Shown here piece by piece: positions 1 to 12,600 of a stretch of 64,000 nt of DNA. The position numbers and the translations under genes are program-made. The notes below the pieces were generated by a model. That model did not search any database and was not told the DNA's origin. It worked only from the letters and a program-made list of their open reading frames with translations. Position 1 is the first letter of the stretch. Every line of letters begins with the position of its first letter. This DNA is from Selaginella moellendorffii (Eukaryota > Plantae > Lycopodiophyta): positions 186,001 to 250,000 of the forward strand of contig NW_003314308.1 of NCBI RefSeq assembly GCF_000143415.4. The letters are read 5' to 3'.

Positions 1-11
1 TAACTTTCCAG

Positions 12-141
12 ATCCAACGTTGTGGAGGCTTACTCTCAGGTGCTTAACATCGTCGAGGCAGAGTATAGTCAAGACGATATCAAAACTTTCCCTATCATCA
101 GCATTACAGAACTGCAAGCTCACCTCGACTCCCTCGGCTAA
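12..141 (+). CDS. Probable last coding exon of a gene starting upstream of the window (unknown product)
   Basis: Acceptor-like TTTCCAG ends at 11. An open frame SNVVEAYSQVLNIVEAEYSQDDIKTFPIISITELQAHLDSLG* ends TAA 139-141. A GTAAGT...TGCAG intron-like segment follows at 151-201. Confidence 0.45.
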
Positions 142-443
142 TTTCTGTGCGTAAGTTCTTCACAAAAATTATCGCTTCTAACTCAAGCCCTTGATGTGCA
201 GGATCAGCTCTATGATTTTCACACGAAGTTTAATGAAAGTGAAAAGCTTTTATGTCATGCTCATGTCAGGAGAACCCGTCTTTACAAGCAAAGCGTGAGC
301 TCTTGGGTGCTGAGAAGGATCTAGAATAGGTGAGCGAGTTTATAAAGGCGGCGGTGATATTCTAAGCTTGACCACTGGAGCGACTGGCCCTCGTCCAACA
401 AGTAAGGCGCTCTCTTTCTTTTCCTACTATTTCAATCGAGAGA

Positions 444-1246
444 ATGAGCCAAGTGGTGAGATTTGCCACGGCAGGAGCTAGGATCCCCAGCAGCAGCAAG
501 AGATTTGCATCGACAACCACTGCTGCGGCGGCCATGGGAGGCGGAAATCTCAAGATGATCGCCGTTTCCGGGTCTCTGAGGAAGGGCTCTTTCAACAGTG
601 GTCTCGTACGCGCAGGTAAGATCTTTGTTTTAGCTATGTTGGTAATTGTGTTGCTGCTTGTAGCACGCGAGATTGTCAAGGAGAGCTTCGAAGATGTGGA
701 GCTAGAGCATGTGGACATTTCCCAGCTCCCTTTCCTCAACACGGACTTGGAGCAAGACGGGCAATTTCCGGGGGTCGTGGAGGATTTTCGAGCTAAAGTC
801 CTTGGGGCGGACGCTGTGCTGTTTGCAAGCCCGGAGTACAATTACTCCATCACAGGTGGAACTTTTCTTTGCGCTCTCACAGTTTTTCTTTGTCCTCTTT
901 CTTGATTTCTTTCCGCATTTTATGTTCTTGTTTGTTGCTTGCAGCTCCACTCAAGAACGCATTGGATTGGGCGTCGAGGAATCCAAATGCGTGGGCCGGG
1001 AAGCCAGCCGCAATCGTGAGCGCTGGGGGCGGGTTTGGAGGCGGCAGAGCCCAATATCATCTGCGACAGGTGGGAGTTTTCCTCGACCTCCATTTCATCA
1101 ACAAGCCCGAGCTGTTTGTTGCGGCGTTTCAAGCGCCGCCAAAGTTCGACTCGGACGGGAATCTCGTGGATCCGGACACTAGAACCCGTCTCAAAGCCCT
1201 TCTTCTCGCCTTGCGCCAGTGGACCCTCAAACTAAAAGAATGCTAA
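444..1246 (+). CDS. NQR: NAD(P)H:quinone oxidoreductase / NADPH-dependent FMN reductase (3 exons: 444-615, 664-855, 945-1246)
   Basis: Motifs IAVSGSLRKGSFN, ADAVLFASPEYNYS, APLKNALDWASR, WAGKPAAIVSAGGGFGGGRAQYHLRQ. GT-AG introns at 616-663 and 856-944. A second in-frame ATG lies at 534. Confidence 0.93.
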
Positions 1247-1305
1247 CAGCCATTAAGATAAAACTCCCGAACTGAAGATTTCTGTTTAGAGTTTAAGAAA
1301 TATAC

Positions 1306-1329
1306 CTAGAATATTCATGAATATTCTAG
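1306..1329. promoter_or_regulatory. Perfect 24-bp palindrome matching a four-unit heat shock element
   Basis: CTAGAATATTCATGAATATTCTAG is self-complementary and contains aGAAt-aTTCa-tGAAt-aTTCt. It lies downstream of the NQR stop, so function is uncertain. Confidence 0.4.
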
Positions 1330-2161
1330 TATTCAATGGCTTTTAGCATTTCTTTAAAACACATACAAATAACTTCAAAATCAAGGTTTAATTCGCTTAT
1401 TACTAACTAGTATTGCAGGAGATATGTAGTGGAATTAGTTAATAAAAAATGATTATTATTTTAGATATTTTTATTATCTTGATATGTTAAGCCATACTAA
1501 AAGGGTACACTACTAAACCAAATATTATATATAGTACACATTAAACAACACCAAGAATAATAATTATAAAATATATTTTGCAGGAAAATGTAGGTCACTA
1601 CCCAGACCTATACAAAAGTAATAAATAATTACTAAGAAAAGTCGTTTATCAATATAAATATCTACCAAATCCTTGAATCAGCATTGATTGAATATTTAGG
1701 AAAATAAAAATTATGTGATACAAACATTTTATAGTATTGAAAGTACTCTTTTCATGAGTAGCATGAAAAGATCTAAAACATTACTACTTAATTCAAAAGT
1801 ATATTCTACCCAGACTCAGAATAATAACATTAGAAGTTCTTGTGTTAAAATAGTTTATATACTATCCATACAGAAAAAAATGTATATAGTTAAATTCACT
1901 TTAAACTAAAGCAATATTTAATTAGGCAGCCAAAACTTGCTTTGTCACAAAAGAATGAATTTGGTTTATGACCAATGCAACCAAGACAACATTTTCCATC
2001 TCAGGACATGGCAACACAATGCTGGTGTTTACTTAGATACTTTGTTGTTTACAGATAATTCTATCAAAACTTGGATTTAGTAAAATATTGTACTTTTGAT
2101 ACATATGTTATTTTTCTGGGTTCATAACTCACTATATCCAGTTAAACAGTACTGTTGTAAT

Positions 2162-2385
2162 AGACATGCACACACACACATAGATATATATGTATATATA
2201 CATATATACATATACATGTATATATGTATACATATGTATATATATGTATGTATGTATATCTGTATATATATGTATATATATGTATATATATATCTATATA
2301 TATGTATATATATATATATGTGTGTATATGTATATGTGTATATATATGTATATATGTATTTATATTTATATTTATATATACATCA
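2162..2385. repeat. Compound (TA)/(TATG)/(CA) microsatellite
   Basis: Directly visible. It explains the spurious Y/I/M-rich ORFs at 2096-2427. Confidence 0.95.
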
Positions 2386-4023
2386 GATAAAATTAATTAT
2401 AATTTATATTTTATAAAATATATTTAAAATAATAAAATTTAAAGAACACCAATGTATTATTACTTAGAACCAGACTAAAGTAAAACAAATATTAATAAAA
2501 ATAATAATTATTAAAATATATTTTAGATAAAAATATTAGTCTTTACTTGGATATATGAATATATTTAGATATTTCCCCTACAAACATTACTAAACAATAA
2601 TATTATTGATATTACATTCAAAGTATTACTTATTTGGAAATATCAAAAATAAATTTTTTTTACTAATATACATACTAGAACTGTGTTATTTTAATTGTAA
2701 TATTAAATTTATTCTTAATAATTACTTGTGAAAAGATATATTAGTAATATTAATAATTATTCATAGTTAGTAATATATTAATTACTATTTCTATATAGTT
2801 AATAGAGTGGCCACTTGCCTCCTCTTTTCCTGATTTCCTCCATGTCCTTAAAGATCATCTACGTTGAAAACTTTGGCGTTAGTTCCAACATTTCAAGGAA
2901 CTGATACATTGACAAAGTAGCAAATTCCAGATTGCTCATGATCTCCTTGACGAAGAAAGCAAGCCAGAAGCCATGCAAGGAAAAATCCCGTACTTTCCTT
3001 CTCCCTTGACATTATTCTGACCCTTCTTATATGATTTCCTCTGGATGAGGATCAGATTTATGCTGAAATGGATCCACCTTTTTAACTTGAAAACTTGTTT
3101 AACTGAGGTGTTTGTAACTGTGTGTTTCTAAAACCCTCTCCCCGGCTTATTTCTGATGTGAACCTTCAGGAAAATAAAGTACATCCTTCAGATGGATAGA
3201 AACTCTTGTGTAGCTCTCCCAAAGGGATTTAAAGTTCTGCAAAGATGGTGACGTGCTCATTGCACCATTCTCTTCTGGTTAATCCATTTCCTTTGCGTGA
3301 AATTATCTCTTGAAAGCGGGAAGCTTCATCATTCAACCTCCTACATGAAATGCCCAAGACTGGAGCTACTCCTCGAGGCACCTGATCACGGACAAGCATC
3401 TAAAGCACAGATCTCTTTGCCGCATGATGGTATTGCTACACTTCAAAACCCTGAAGGGTGAGGTTCTTCATACCTTCGTCAACAGGATCTGAAAGGTAAG
3501 AGAATGCTGGTAATGCTAGGTGCGCGGTGACACAGGAAGCATGATATCCGGAGGGGGACCTAGGAATGATCTATGCCACAATTTGCCCACCCTGTTCTTC
3601 GTTATGTTCGATGCCCTCACTGCGTCTCGCGGGCTTTTTCAAAAGGAATTTACTAGTCTCTATTTTCTTTTCAGCAATGCATGACTAAGATGCCAATGAA
3701 TAGCTTTGATTCTTTGCCTGTGATGAAACTATTAATTTTTCTTGCCGTCACATACATGATCATCTTCAAACGGACAAGATCGATCGATTTAAAGGCCTTC
3801 TCTCATCTCTCGTACACATAAGCAGGACCTACAGACGCGAGATCTTCAAGTATAACGCAATATTCTTAGCTCTTTCATGTGTAGCAGTGCTTTTAAAACT
3901 TTGTTAATCGATAAATAAAGTTTGATTAGTGTGAGATGACAAGGACTTCACAGCATTTATAAAGATTATAAGCAAGGATCCAAGCTTAGAGTTGGAAAAA
4001 GAAGTCTATAGAGGAGAGAAAGA

Positions 4024-5015
4024 ATGACGAGTTTCGTCACGTTTATTCTTGTTGCTGTGATCTCCAGCGTTTGCAATGCGCAAGACTTGAGTTTCACAGC
4101 TACGACTCCCGGCCTCACCAAAGGCAAGCCGAACACCTTCATTGGAACCACTGGCGATGAGATCGCGTCGTCTCTTCTCGCATCAAAGACTCCCGCAATG
4201 CTTTGGGGCTCGGTTCCCGCGAGTGCAATCACCAACGTCTGCCAGAAGATTTCCCAGACTGGAAGGCAGGAATACACTGCCAAGATAGATGGCGACTGGG
4301 GAGGATCCGAGGACCTCAAGCTAAAGGTGACAAGTACCTTGGTTTTTTCTCATGCTGACGACTGGAAAGATGGTCGCAACCGGTGGCTCCAGATTCATCC
4401 GGGACACAGTTCGTGTTCACAGACAACTATGGCCGCAAGAGTGCTGTAAGTTTAGCGAGCTCCATGTGATTATCTTGCAGTAACAAAATTCACTGCTGCT
4501 TACCAGATTGTTTGCCCAAGTAACGCTGGAGGAAGTGGCTGTGGCGTGTACATGACTGGCAGTGACGTGGACAGTATCTACAACAAGCGCTTGGAACTCG
4601 TCTGTTCCTCGCAAACGCTTCCAGCGATCAGGCAGATCAGGCAGCTCGAAGATTCTTGCTTGGTGAGTGCTGGGCTTGGCGCGGCTGCTGTGCGTGAGGG
4701 CGTGCTTCCCACGCGATGCAACGGTGCAAACTTCCACGGGCGAGACGAAGACGATGAGCCAGCTCCAAATCGGTGACAAGGTATCCATACTGATCACCGC
4801 TTCCACCAAACTTTTTTCTCTGGTCCTGTCGTGAAGGTTGGGACGCTCAAGAACGGGAGGCTCGACTTCAGTGAAATCTACGCTTTCGGGCACCGAGACA
4901 GAAGAGTGACTTCGTCAACCTGGAACTATCCCACTCAAAGACCCTTGAGCTCTCGCGCCTGCATTTCCTGCCAACGCTGCTCAAAGCTGGCCACATTACA
5001 AAGGTGTCGTTGTAA
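4024..5015 (+). pseudogene. Secreted protein with C-terminal Hedgehog/intein (Hint, Hog-type) domain; frame-disrupted in this copy
   Basis: Signal peptide MTSFVTFILVAVISSVCNA|QD. ACFPRDATVQTSTGETKTMSQLQIGDK at 4700-4780, then intron 4781-4836, then VGTLKNGRLDFSEIYAFGHRD (4837-4899). After a frame change comes DFVNLELSHSKTLELSRLHFLP (4908 on), with stop at 5013-5015. The pieces do not join in one frame with canonical splice sites. Confidence 0.78.
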
Positions 5016-6604
5016 TGTGCTGCCGGGCCCCCATCAAGTGAGAGAGAAATGAGAGAACTTGTTAGCTCGCAAAGGATGTTGTAGCCACCAGCAGCAGAGA
5101 AGATATGTGGTGATTGAGGCCATTCTCAAAAAACTTAAATATTCCTGATCTCATCACCACTCTTGTCAGGTCACATTTTTTTCTATGGCCCACTCTAGTG
5201 CTGACTGATTCTTGGAGAACTGATTAAGGAATGAGCATCCCGATGCTGCTGCTAGATCAAGATCTAAGTGCCTTGTCTGGATCACACTAGCCCCGTTTTG
5301 TCTAAAGCTGAACATGTGACTGGCTTTCTAACATTGCAAATAGGAGTTTATATTGCTTATTTTTTTCCCTAAGAACAGAGACATGGCCTCCATCTCCACA
5401 AGAGAGGCTCAAGGAATTCTATCAGCTCACTGTCTTAACTGAGGAATAATATAAATAAAATAGTATAAATAATTTTAAAATAAATATGATAATATTATTA
5501 TAAAATTATATAAATAATAGATTACTTATGAAGTTAATTTTATAAAGACTGAAACTACAAAATCCCAAAGAAATTGCAGCTTAGGGCAGTAAATTATCTT
5601 ATAATAATGTCCACAATCTACTTTTTAATATTATTATTATTAATTTTTTTTAAGGTCTTGCAATGTCAACCTAGTGACATTATTATTATAACATGTTTAA
5701 AGATCACTAGCACTCAACTAGACACAATCACCTCAAAGGACAAGAGCCTATTTGTATGACTTTGTAGGATTTCAGTTCTAAGGGTTCATTAGAATTGGTA
5801 AGAAATACACAATTTATTATTTTCAGTAAAACTATTAAAACCAATAATTTTTATTTATGTTTTTTAAATTTATTTTACATCCCTAGATTACGAATTAATG
5901 TATTCTGATGGAATTAGAGACTGACAATCCAATACATGCTTTTGAAGCCTTCTGCTTATTTATATTTCTCCACCTTGCTTTAATTTATAACATTAAAATA
6001 TAATTGAACTGATTATTAAATTCTATGCTTGAATATTTATTATTTACGTACTATAGACTGTAATAATATTTTTAATTGGAATTATATAACACCAAGCGGG
6101 CTAAAGGTGGATACACCTAAAATATGCTTGTATATTCTGGGATATTCTACCATTTATTGTTATCAAGAATAATCTTGTACTTATAATTTATAATTATTAA
6201 GCATTTTATTGTATATTCTAGTTTATTATACTATTTACAGGTTATTATATAGTAAGAAAAAGTTTTTTCTTAAAACTTATAAATGTGTTTATAATTATAG
6301 ATTTCAATTGGATTAATAAATAATAAGAACTACTATTAAGCAAGAAAAGCATTGCTAGTAGCAATTATTATTTCTTACTTTAAAGTAATATTACACAATG
6401 CTTTAAAGTTTGCATATATGTCAATTATCCTTAATAAAACCATACCAATAGTTTTACATTTTACAACTCATGAGTTATAATATAAGATGTTATAACTAGC
6501 TTATAAAATAAATATTTAAGAAAGACTTGTGTTTGATAATTACTCTAATAGTTTAATAATTAGATAAAATATACTAAACTTGGATTTTAATTAAATTTAG
6601 GCAC

Positions 6605-9600
6605 TGTGAGTGCATGAAATATGGAAATGGAATACAGAAATTTACATATCAATTAGCCCAAAAACCTAATATAGGAGCGAGTGGTCTAAATTAAAACTAA
6701 TCCAATAACTACTAAATTCCCACTATACTAATGTTAGTATATAGCATTATAGCTGTAAATTTAGACTTCACACCATCCCCTATTCTTAGAATGATGGAAA
6801 GTTAGAATTCTCTAGTCGATGGGCCGAGGTCTAGAAGAACATTAGGAGGAGGCATCAATAAATTTATAAATGGTGTTATTTGTTCTAGATCCTTTTGTAT
6901 GAAGTGTTTTAGCTGTTGCATATACACAAGTTTTGAAGGATCAACTTATTGAATGTCATACTGAACCTTATAAACTTACGGTCTAATTTGCTACAACACT
7001 TGATATGGTCCCTTCCCTTGAGCAAAGAGCCCCTTAGAAAAATTACATATCATAAGATTAGGAAAATGGGCTAACACAAAATCATCTATTTTATACTTAA
7101 AATGGACGATAATGAGAATTATAGCACCATTGTCATCCCACTTATATGAGTTCTTAGTGTTTGGCAGACTTTACTTAAATTAGTGGAAGAATGCTCATTA
7201 AATACTGGCAGCTTGTGGCAATTGCGAAAGCAAACTCAACTCCGTTGGTAGTATCGGATCATGATCATATAAGAATTTATATGGTGAAGCATCAACAAAA
7301 CTTTGCACATCTATGATATATGCATATCAAAGAGACGGTAAATAATTATCTGAATTCGAATGTTAAAAGTTCATGTACTTCGCAATTATCCCTTTGAAGG
7401 TCTAAACTACTTGTTCCACTAAACCCTTTGACTATGAATGATAAACACCTGTGAAAGTATGGTGTATCTTTAATTTAGATGTTAAAATGCAAAATGCCTT
7501 AGCTATAAATGCAAGATCATTATTCAAAAGAATTCACACCAGATAGAAATGCTGAAATACTACTTGATTGAGAAGTATTCAATAGTAGTTGCAGATGCAC
7601 TAGCAAAAGCATTAACTTCCACCCAATGAGTCAAGTAGTTAAAAATAATAATGACATATTTATTGCTAGTAGTCGACTGTGGAAAAGATCCTATCAAATT
7701 AAATGCCACTAACTTAAATGGATGGGATATTACAATTGACTTTAACTGTCTTTCCACAACATAAGGGGGAGTATTATAAATTTGGCACCAAACACAACTA
7801 CACATATACTAAATAATATTATGTTGCATCTTTGGCCAATAGAAAAACTTGTATAGCTTCTTAATCATATGATAATTTCTATATGTTTACATAGAATAGG
7901 AAAATCATAGTAGACATAGAAAAAGTGTGGAATAAAGATTAAAGGTACCATTAGCTGTAAATGATAATTAGAATTATCTCCACAAAATAAAGAAAATTAT
8001 CTTTAAAGGGATATTAAAACTGTAAATGTCTAAATAGCAAGTCATCAACAAGTGATGTAACAAATGATATAAAATTTTCAAACCCATCATAAAGCCTTTG
8101 GATCCATTATTTAAAATTTTGAGCCTCACAAACTTTATCAATAGAAGGTAAATCTTGCTTTGCACCTTGTATATACTGAACATCAAGTACAACAACTGCC
8201 AACAACATGGAATCCTTGTCCAAAAAATCCATAAATTCTAAAATAACAAGTTTGTCAGAAACATGAGAAGAGAGTGAAGAAGGAAGAGGAACTTGAGAAA
8301 GGGCATCAATATCAACCATAGAACTCCCCTAGTGATGAATAACATCAAAATTATATATCTGAAATTTTAAAACCCACCAAGCAATATATTCAACCAAGTT
8401 TTACTTCAATAGTGAAATAACTATAGTATGATCGCCTTTTAAATATTTAAGAACTATGTAGATATGCATGAAATTTCTCAAAACCCCAAACTACTACTAA
8501 ACCCTCATTCTATATGATGGAGTAGTTCACTTTCGTTGGTTGTAATGTACAATTGATATATGCAATGGGATAGCACTGACTAAACATACTTGAGCTCTCT
8601 TGCATCGACACACCTCCAAGATTAATATAATAAGCATCCACGTGCGAAATAAAAGGTTGAGTGTAATTAAGATATGTTAAAACTAGAGGAATCGTCAATA
8701 GCTCTTTGAGATCCATAAATGTTTGCTCACAATCTATACACTAGATGAAAGATGATATTGACAACTTCAATATTACTTACAACAGTGTAATATGATATAA
8801 AAGATGATCTATATTTGATTGCAAAAAATTAGTTTAAAGCTAAAGCAATCAAAGTCTGTGTTTATGTCCAAGGACACCACTTATCTTAGGTACTATGCAA
8901 CACTTTTTAGGCAAGGTTGTGAGATATAAATTTCTAAGCCTCAAAGTGGAGCTAGAAGTGAAGCTAAAGGTTTACCAAAGTGTTGGTGATGGAATCCTCC
9001 TCACATGGGAAGCTTTGTTTCCAACCCTCCATTATTGACCTTGAAGAAGCTCACAAGAAGAATCACCTCCTTAAGAAGTCATCAAAACTGATAAACTTGA
9101 AGCAAGGTCATGCACAACACCATTATTTCAAACTCCCAATCCTTGGCAAGAATCACCTTACAAGTCTTGGGGATGAGGAGAGTCTCCATCACCTTGCTAA
9201 AGCTCACCACTGTTTATGGAGCATGCCTCCAAACCTCTGAAAAGAGAACTGTGGAGTAATGAAGGATAAGTCTAAGCAACAAGCCAAGGACTCAAATACT
9301 TAGATCTCCTTCCTCCACCATTTGATCTTCCTAAAATTCTGAATCTCTATAATCAGATTCAACTTCTCACTGACGTGATCTTGAAATAAATGCATCAACT
9401 AGGAGAATCAGTTGCTTGAACTTATATTAGACTTCACTTGCTTAAACCATGAAACTTGAGTAGATAGATCTCGTAGCCCAACTGTTATATCTTTGTGAAA
9501 TCTTGTAAGCGCAATCTCCCTAGTGTCTTCTAGCTTTTCACTATAGTGATTTTCAATCAAATGGCACATAAAGTAGCTGCAATTGACAAATTCTTGCCCC

Positions 9601-12600
9601 AAACCTTAGTTTGCCCCATCAGAAAAGATGTGTCACCCAGAACCATTCATTTGGTGGTGTTTACATCCATTCCCAAGCACCTGCTTCCACAAGAAAAACT
9701 AGATCTATGCTTCTTTCTTAACTTTTTTTAGACCATTTTGCCCTCCTCTTTTTTCCAATTGTAGAACACAAGCTGCTACAGTAGTAATCATTCTAGTCCA
9801 CACTTGTGATGCCACCACCTTTGGTCCTTCATGTTTATCTTTGAAGATTCTATTGTACCTAGCTTTCCAAACCTCCCACAATGTAATACCTTGTAGCAAG
9901 TTTACTAACTCCAAGGATACTCCTTTTGTGTCTGTTCTAGTTGTGTTGAGTTAGTCAAACCATAGTACCCTTTTTGTGTTGAGGACTATTTCTAAGAGTC
10001 TATTTTATTTCACATTCCCAACAATTTCACCCCATACTAGCACTTCATATGTGAGGCACATTTGTCTTTGGGAATGCTGTTGTAGCAACTAACATGTGTT
10101 TCTTCACGCATCTTATGCACTCTCACATTCCCAAAGTATGTGCCTTTGTGTTTCCTTTGCCCCACATTTATCACATGATTGGTCTTGGAAATGTATATTT
10201 TGTTTGGATGGCATAACCAACCACATTGTCTTCGTTGGCCATATTCCTTTCCACAACCCTTTTAATGTAGTCTATTGTATCATATCTTGTATATTGGCAT
10301 GTTTCATTCTTGTTATAAGTAATGAATCATTACTCGGCTGAATAAGTCATCTTCCCAATTTTGTCTCATATGCAAATAATTCTTCCTTCTTTTTCCTTTG
10401 TTAATTCCATTCCACTAGATCCTAAACCAACTTGCATAATTTTTGTTGTCTAAACCTACAGCTTAGTTATGAAACCTTCTATTATTGTTAGATCCATCAT
10501 TGCCATTTTCTTATCCATCCTTATTACCCAGATCAGTTTTGCTTTTGACATGTTTGGTCTTATACTTTCTTCAAGAACCTTGAATGGTAGCCATTGGCTA
10601 GTTCAGCCAACATTGAAACTAACATATTTAGCCTGATCTTGAGTTGCCATATATATATATATATCACTTTTATCTATCATATTGGTGTCATTTGTTTGAC
10701 TTCCTTAATGCTTTGGTTGCAATACTTTTGTGTTGCATTGGCTTTTGCAAAGGTTCTCATTTTAACACTATACATATCTTAACATGCTTTGTCTATTCCT
10801 CTATCTTTTGTTTCTCCCAAGCATTTCCCTTTATATTGGAATAGTTTATTGAGAAAGATTGGTTGTTTGTCTAGCTCATAATTGTTTGTAGGTTTTCTCT
10901 TTTTCGTCATCCCCTTGAATTCTTTCCATAATCTTAAAAGTTTTTTTGAGAAAGTATTCGATTTTGGCATCTTTAAAGTGCAGTTAGTGAAGAGTCAGCT
11001 TTCATTTTTTCCCCAATTCTACTTTATGTGCTTTAGTCTATTAGGGATAACTTTTAATAGTTGGTGGCACAATAGTAATTTCCATAGCTGATTTCTAGGC
11101 ATGTTCATGTGATGAAAGATTTTAAATAACAAAGCCTTGCATTGCTCTTCTATATCAATTATATTTATCCCTCCATCCTGCTTTGCTCTTATGACCAAGC
11201 TTCACCCAATATTTGCACCTCCTCTTGAGACTATTGTTTGCCCCTTCCATATATATGTTTTGATTAGCTTATTTATATCCTTCAAAGTTTTTTTTTTCTA
11301 AATTCTATGATGTTGCCAAAAATCATATTGCCCCTAGTACAATGTTATTTGCCACTACACATTTTGTCAAGGACAACTTTTGTGATGCATAGACTATTAA
11401 TTGATCTCTAAGTTTGTCAACTACTTTTTAATTTTGTGGGAGGGTTTTTGTAATTTTAGCCAATTTCAAACCCAAATACCTTATTGTCTCACCTTGTTTT
11501 AACCACTTGACATCCCACTCCTCTCCCCAACTTGGTAGCTCCGAATTTGGCAACCATATTCCCACCAATGTTCCCTAGTTTATTTTAGAGCATGCCGCTA
11601 AATTATAAAAATCCAAATCCTCCTTAACCTTGCTAATATTTCTCCACCCAAGAAATGGAAGTTATCAATCCAGAAAACGCCAATAAATGTGACCAACTTT
11701 ATTATATGCTCAATAGTGGATATCACAACCATAATTATATCTTCACCTTTGTCCTTGAACTTGAGCAACAACAACACCAATCTCCATTGGAATAGAACTA
11801 TCTCCCATAGGAAGTGAAGTTGAAGGGCTTGCAACAAGAAGTGAAAGAGATGATGTTTCATAATGTTATGCCACATAAAGATCATCATCAAGGGTGGCTG
11901 GAGCAAGTGCATGCACAAGTGTTATAAAATCTTGACAAAGTGCTAACCACAATATTCCCAACTTAATTTACTTTAACATATTTGGCTCCTTATGAAGCAA
12001 GAAACTTTAGAAACAAATGTTAAATTATATCACTGACCTAAATGGCTATTGACAAAGACAATGCAATCATTGGAAGGCATTATTATAATCATTGGCATAT
12101 CCAAATATATTTTTGAAGATGTCTGAGAGAATGCTCCAATCTGCATGAGTGGTTATGCTCAAACCATTGTACCACTACAGTGCCATCTTTCAAAACATGT
12201 TAAAAACTCATGCAAATGCCGAATATCATCCTAAGAATGATATATGGCAATCATCATAAAGTGATTGAAGTAGTAGTATATATCCTCCTTAAGATTCCCA
12301 CAGAAGAACTTTAGTAGGATGTGAGGATTGACAACAAAAGTAGAAGGAGCTATACCACACACCGTGAATATCACTATCAACTAGGTTTGAATGTTCCACT
12401 ACAATTGCATAACATCAAGCAATTGCACTAAGAGTCAAAGGAAGAGGAGGCTATTACTTTACCATTAAGATGAACAAAAAGGATAAAGCAAAAGAGAAGA
12501 AATTTAAAATGCTATAAGAAAAAAGGAGATTTAGATGACACAAAAGCTAGATCTATACCAAAATCTTAAATTAAAACACTCCTTAAAGACAATTAAAGTT

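Noticed and set aside
2096-2427. Y/I/M-rich ORFs
   Set aside because: Translation of a TA microsatellite.
5060-5115. KDVVATSS as the Hint C-terminal block
   Set aside because: Similarity to DGVVASCY is too weak, and the preceding GxYAPLT motif is absent.
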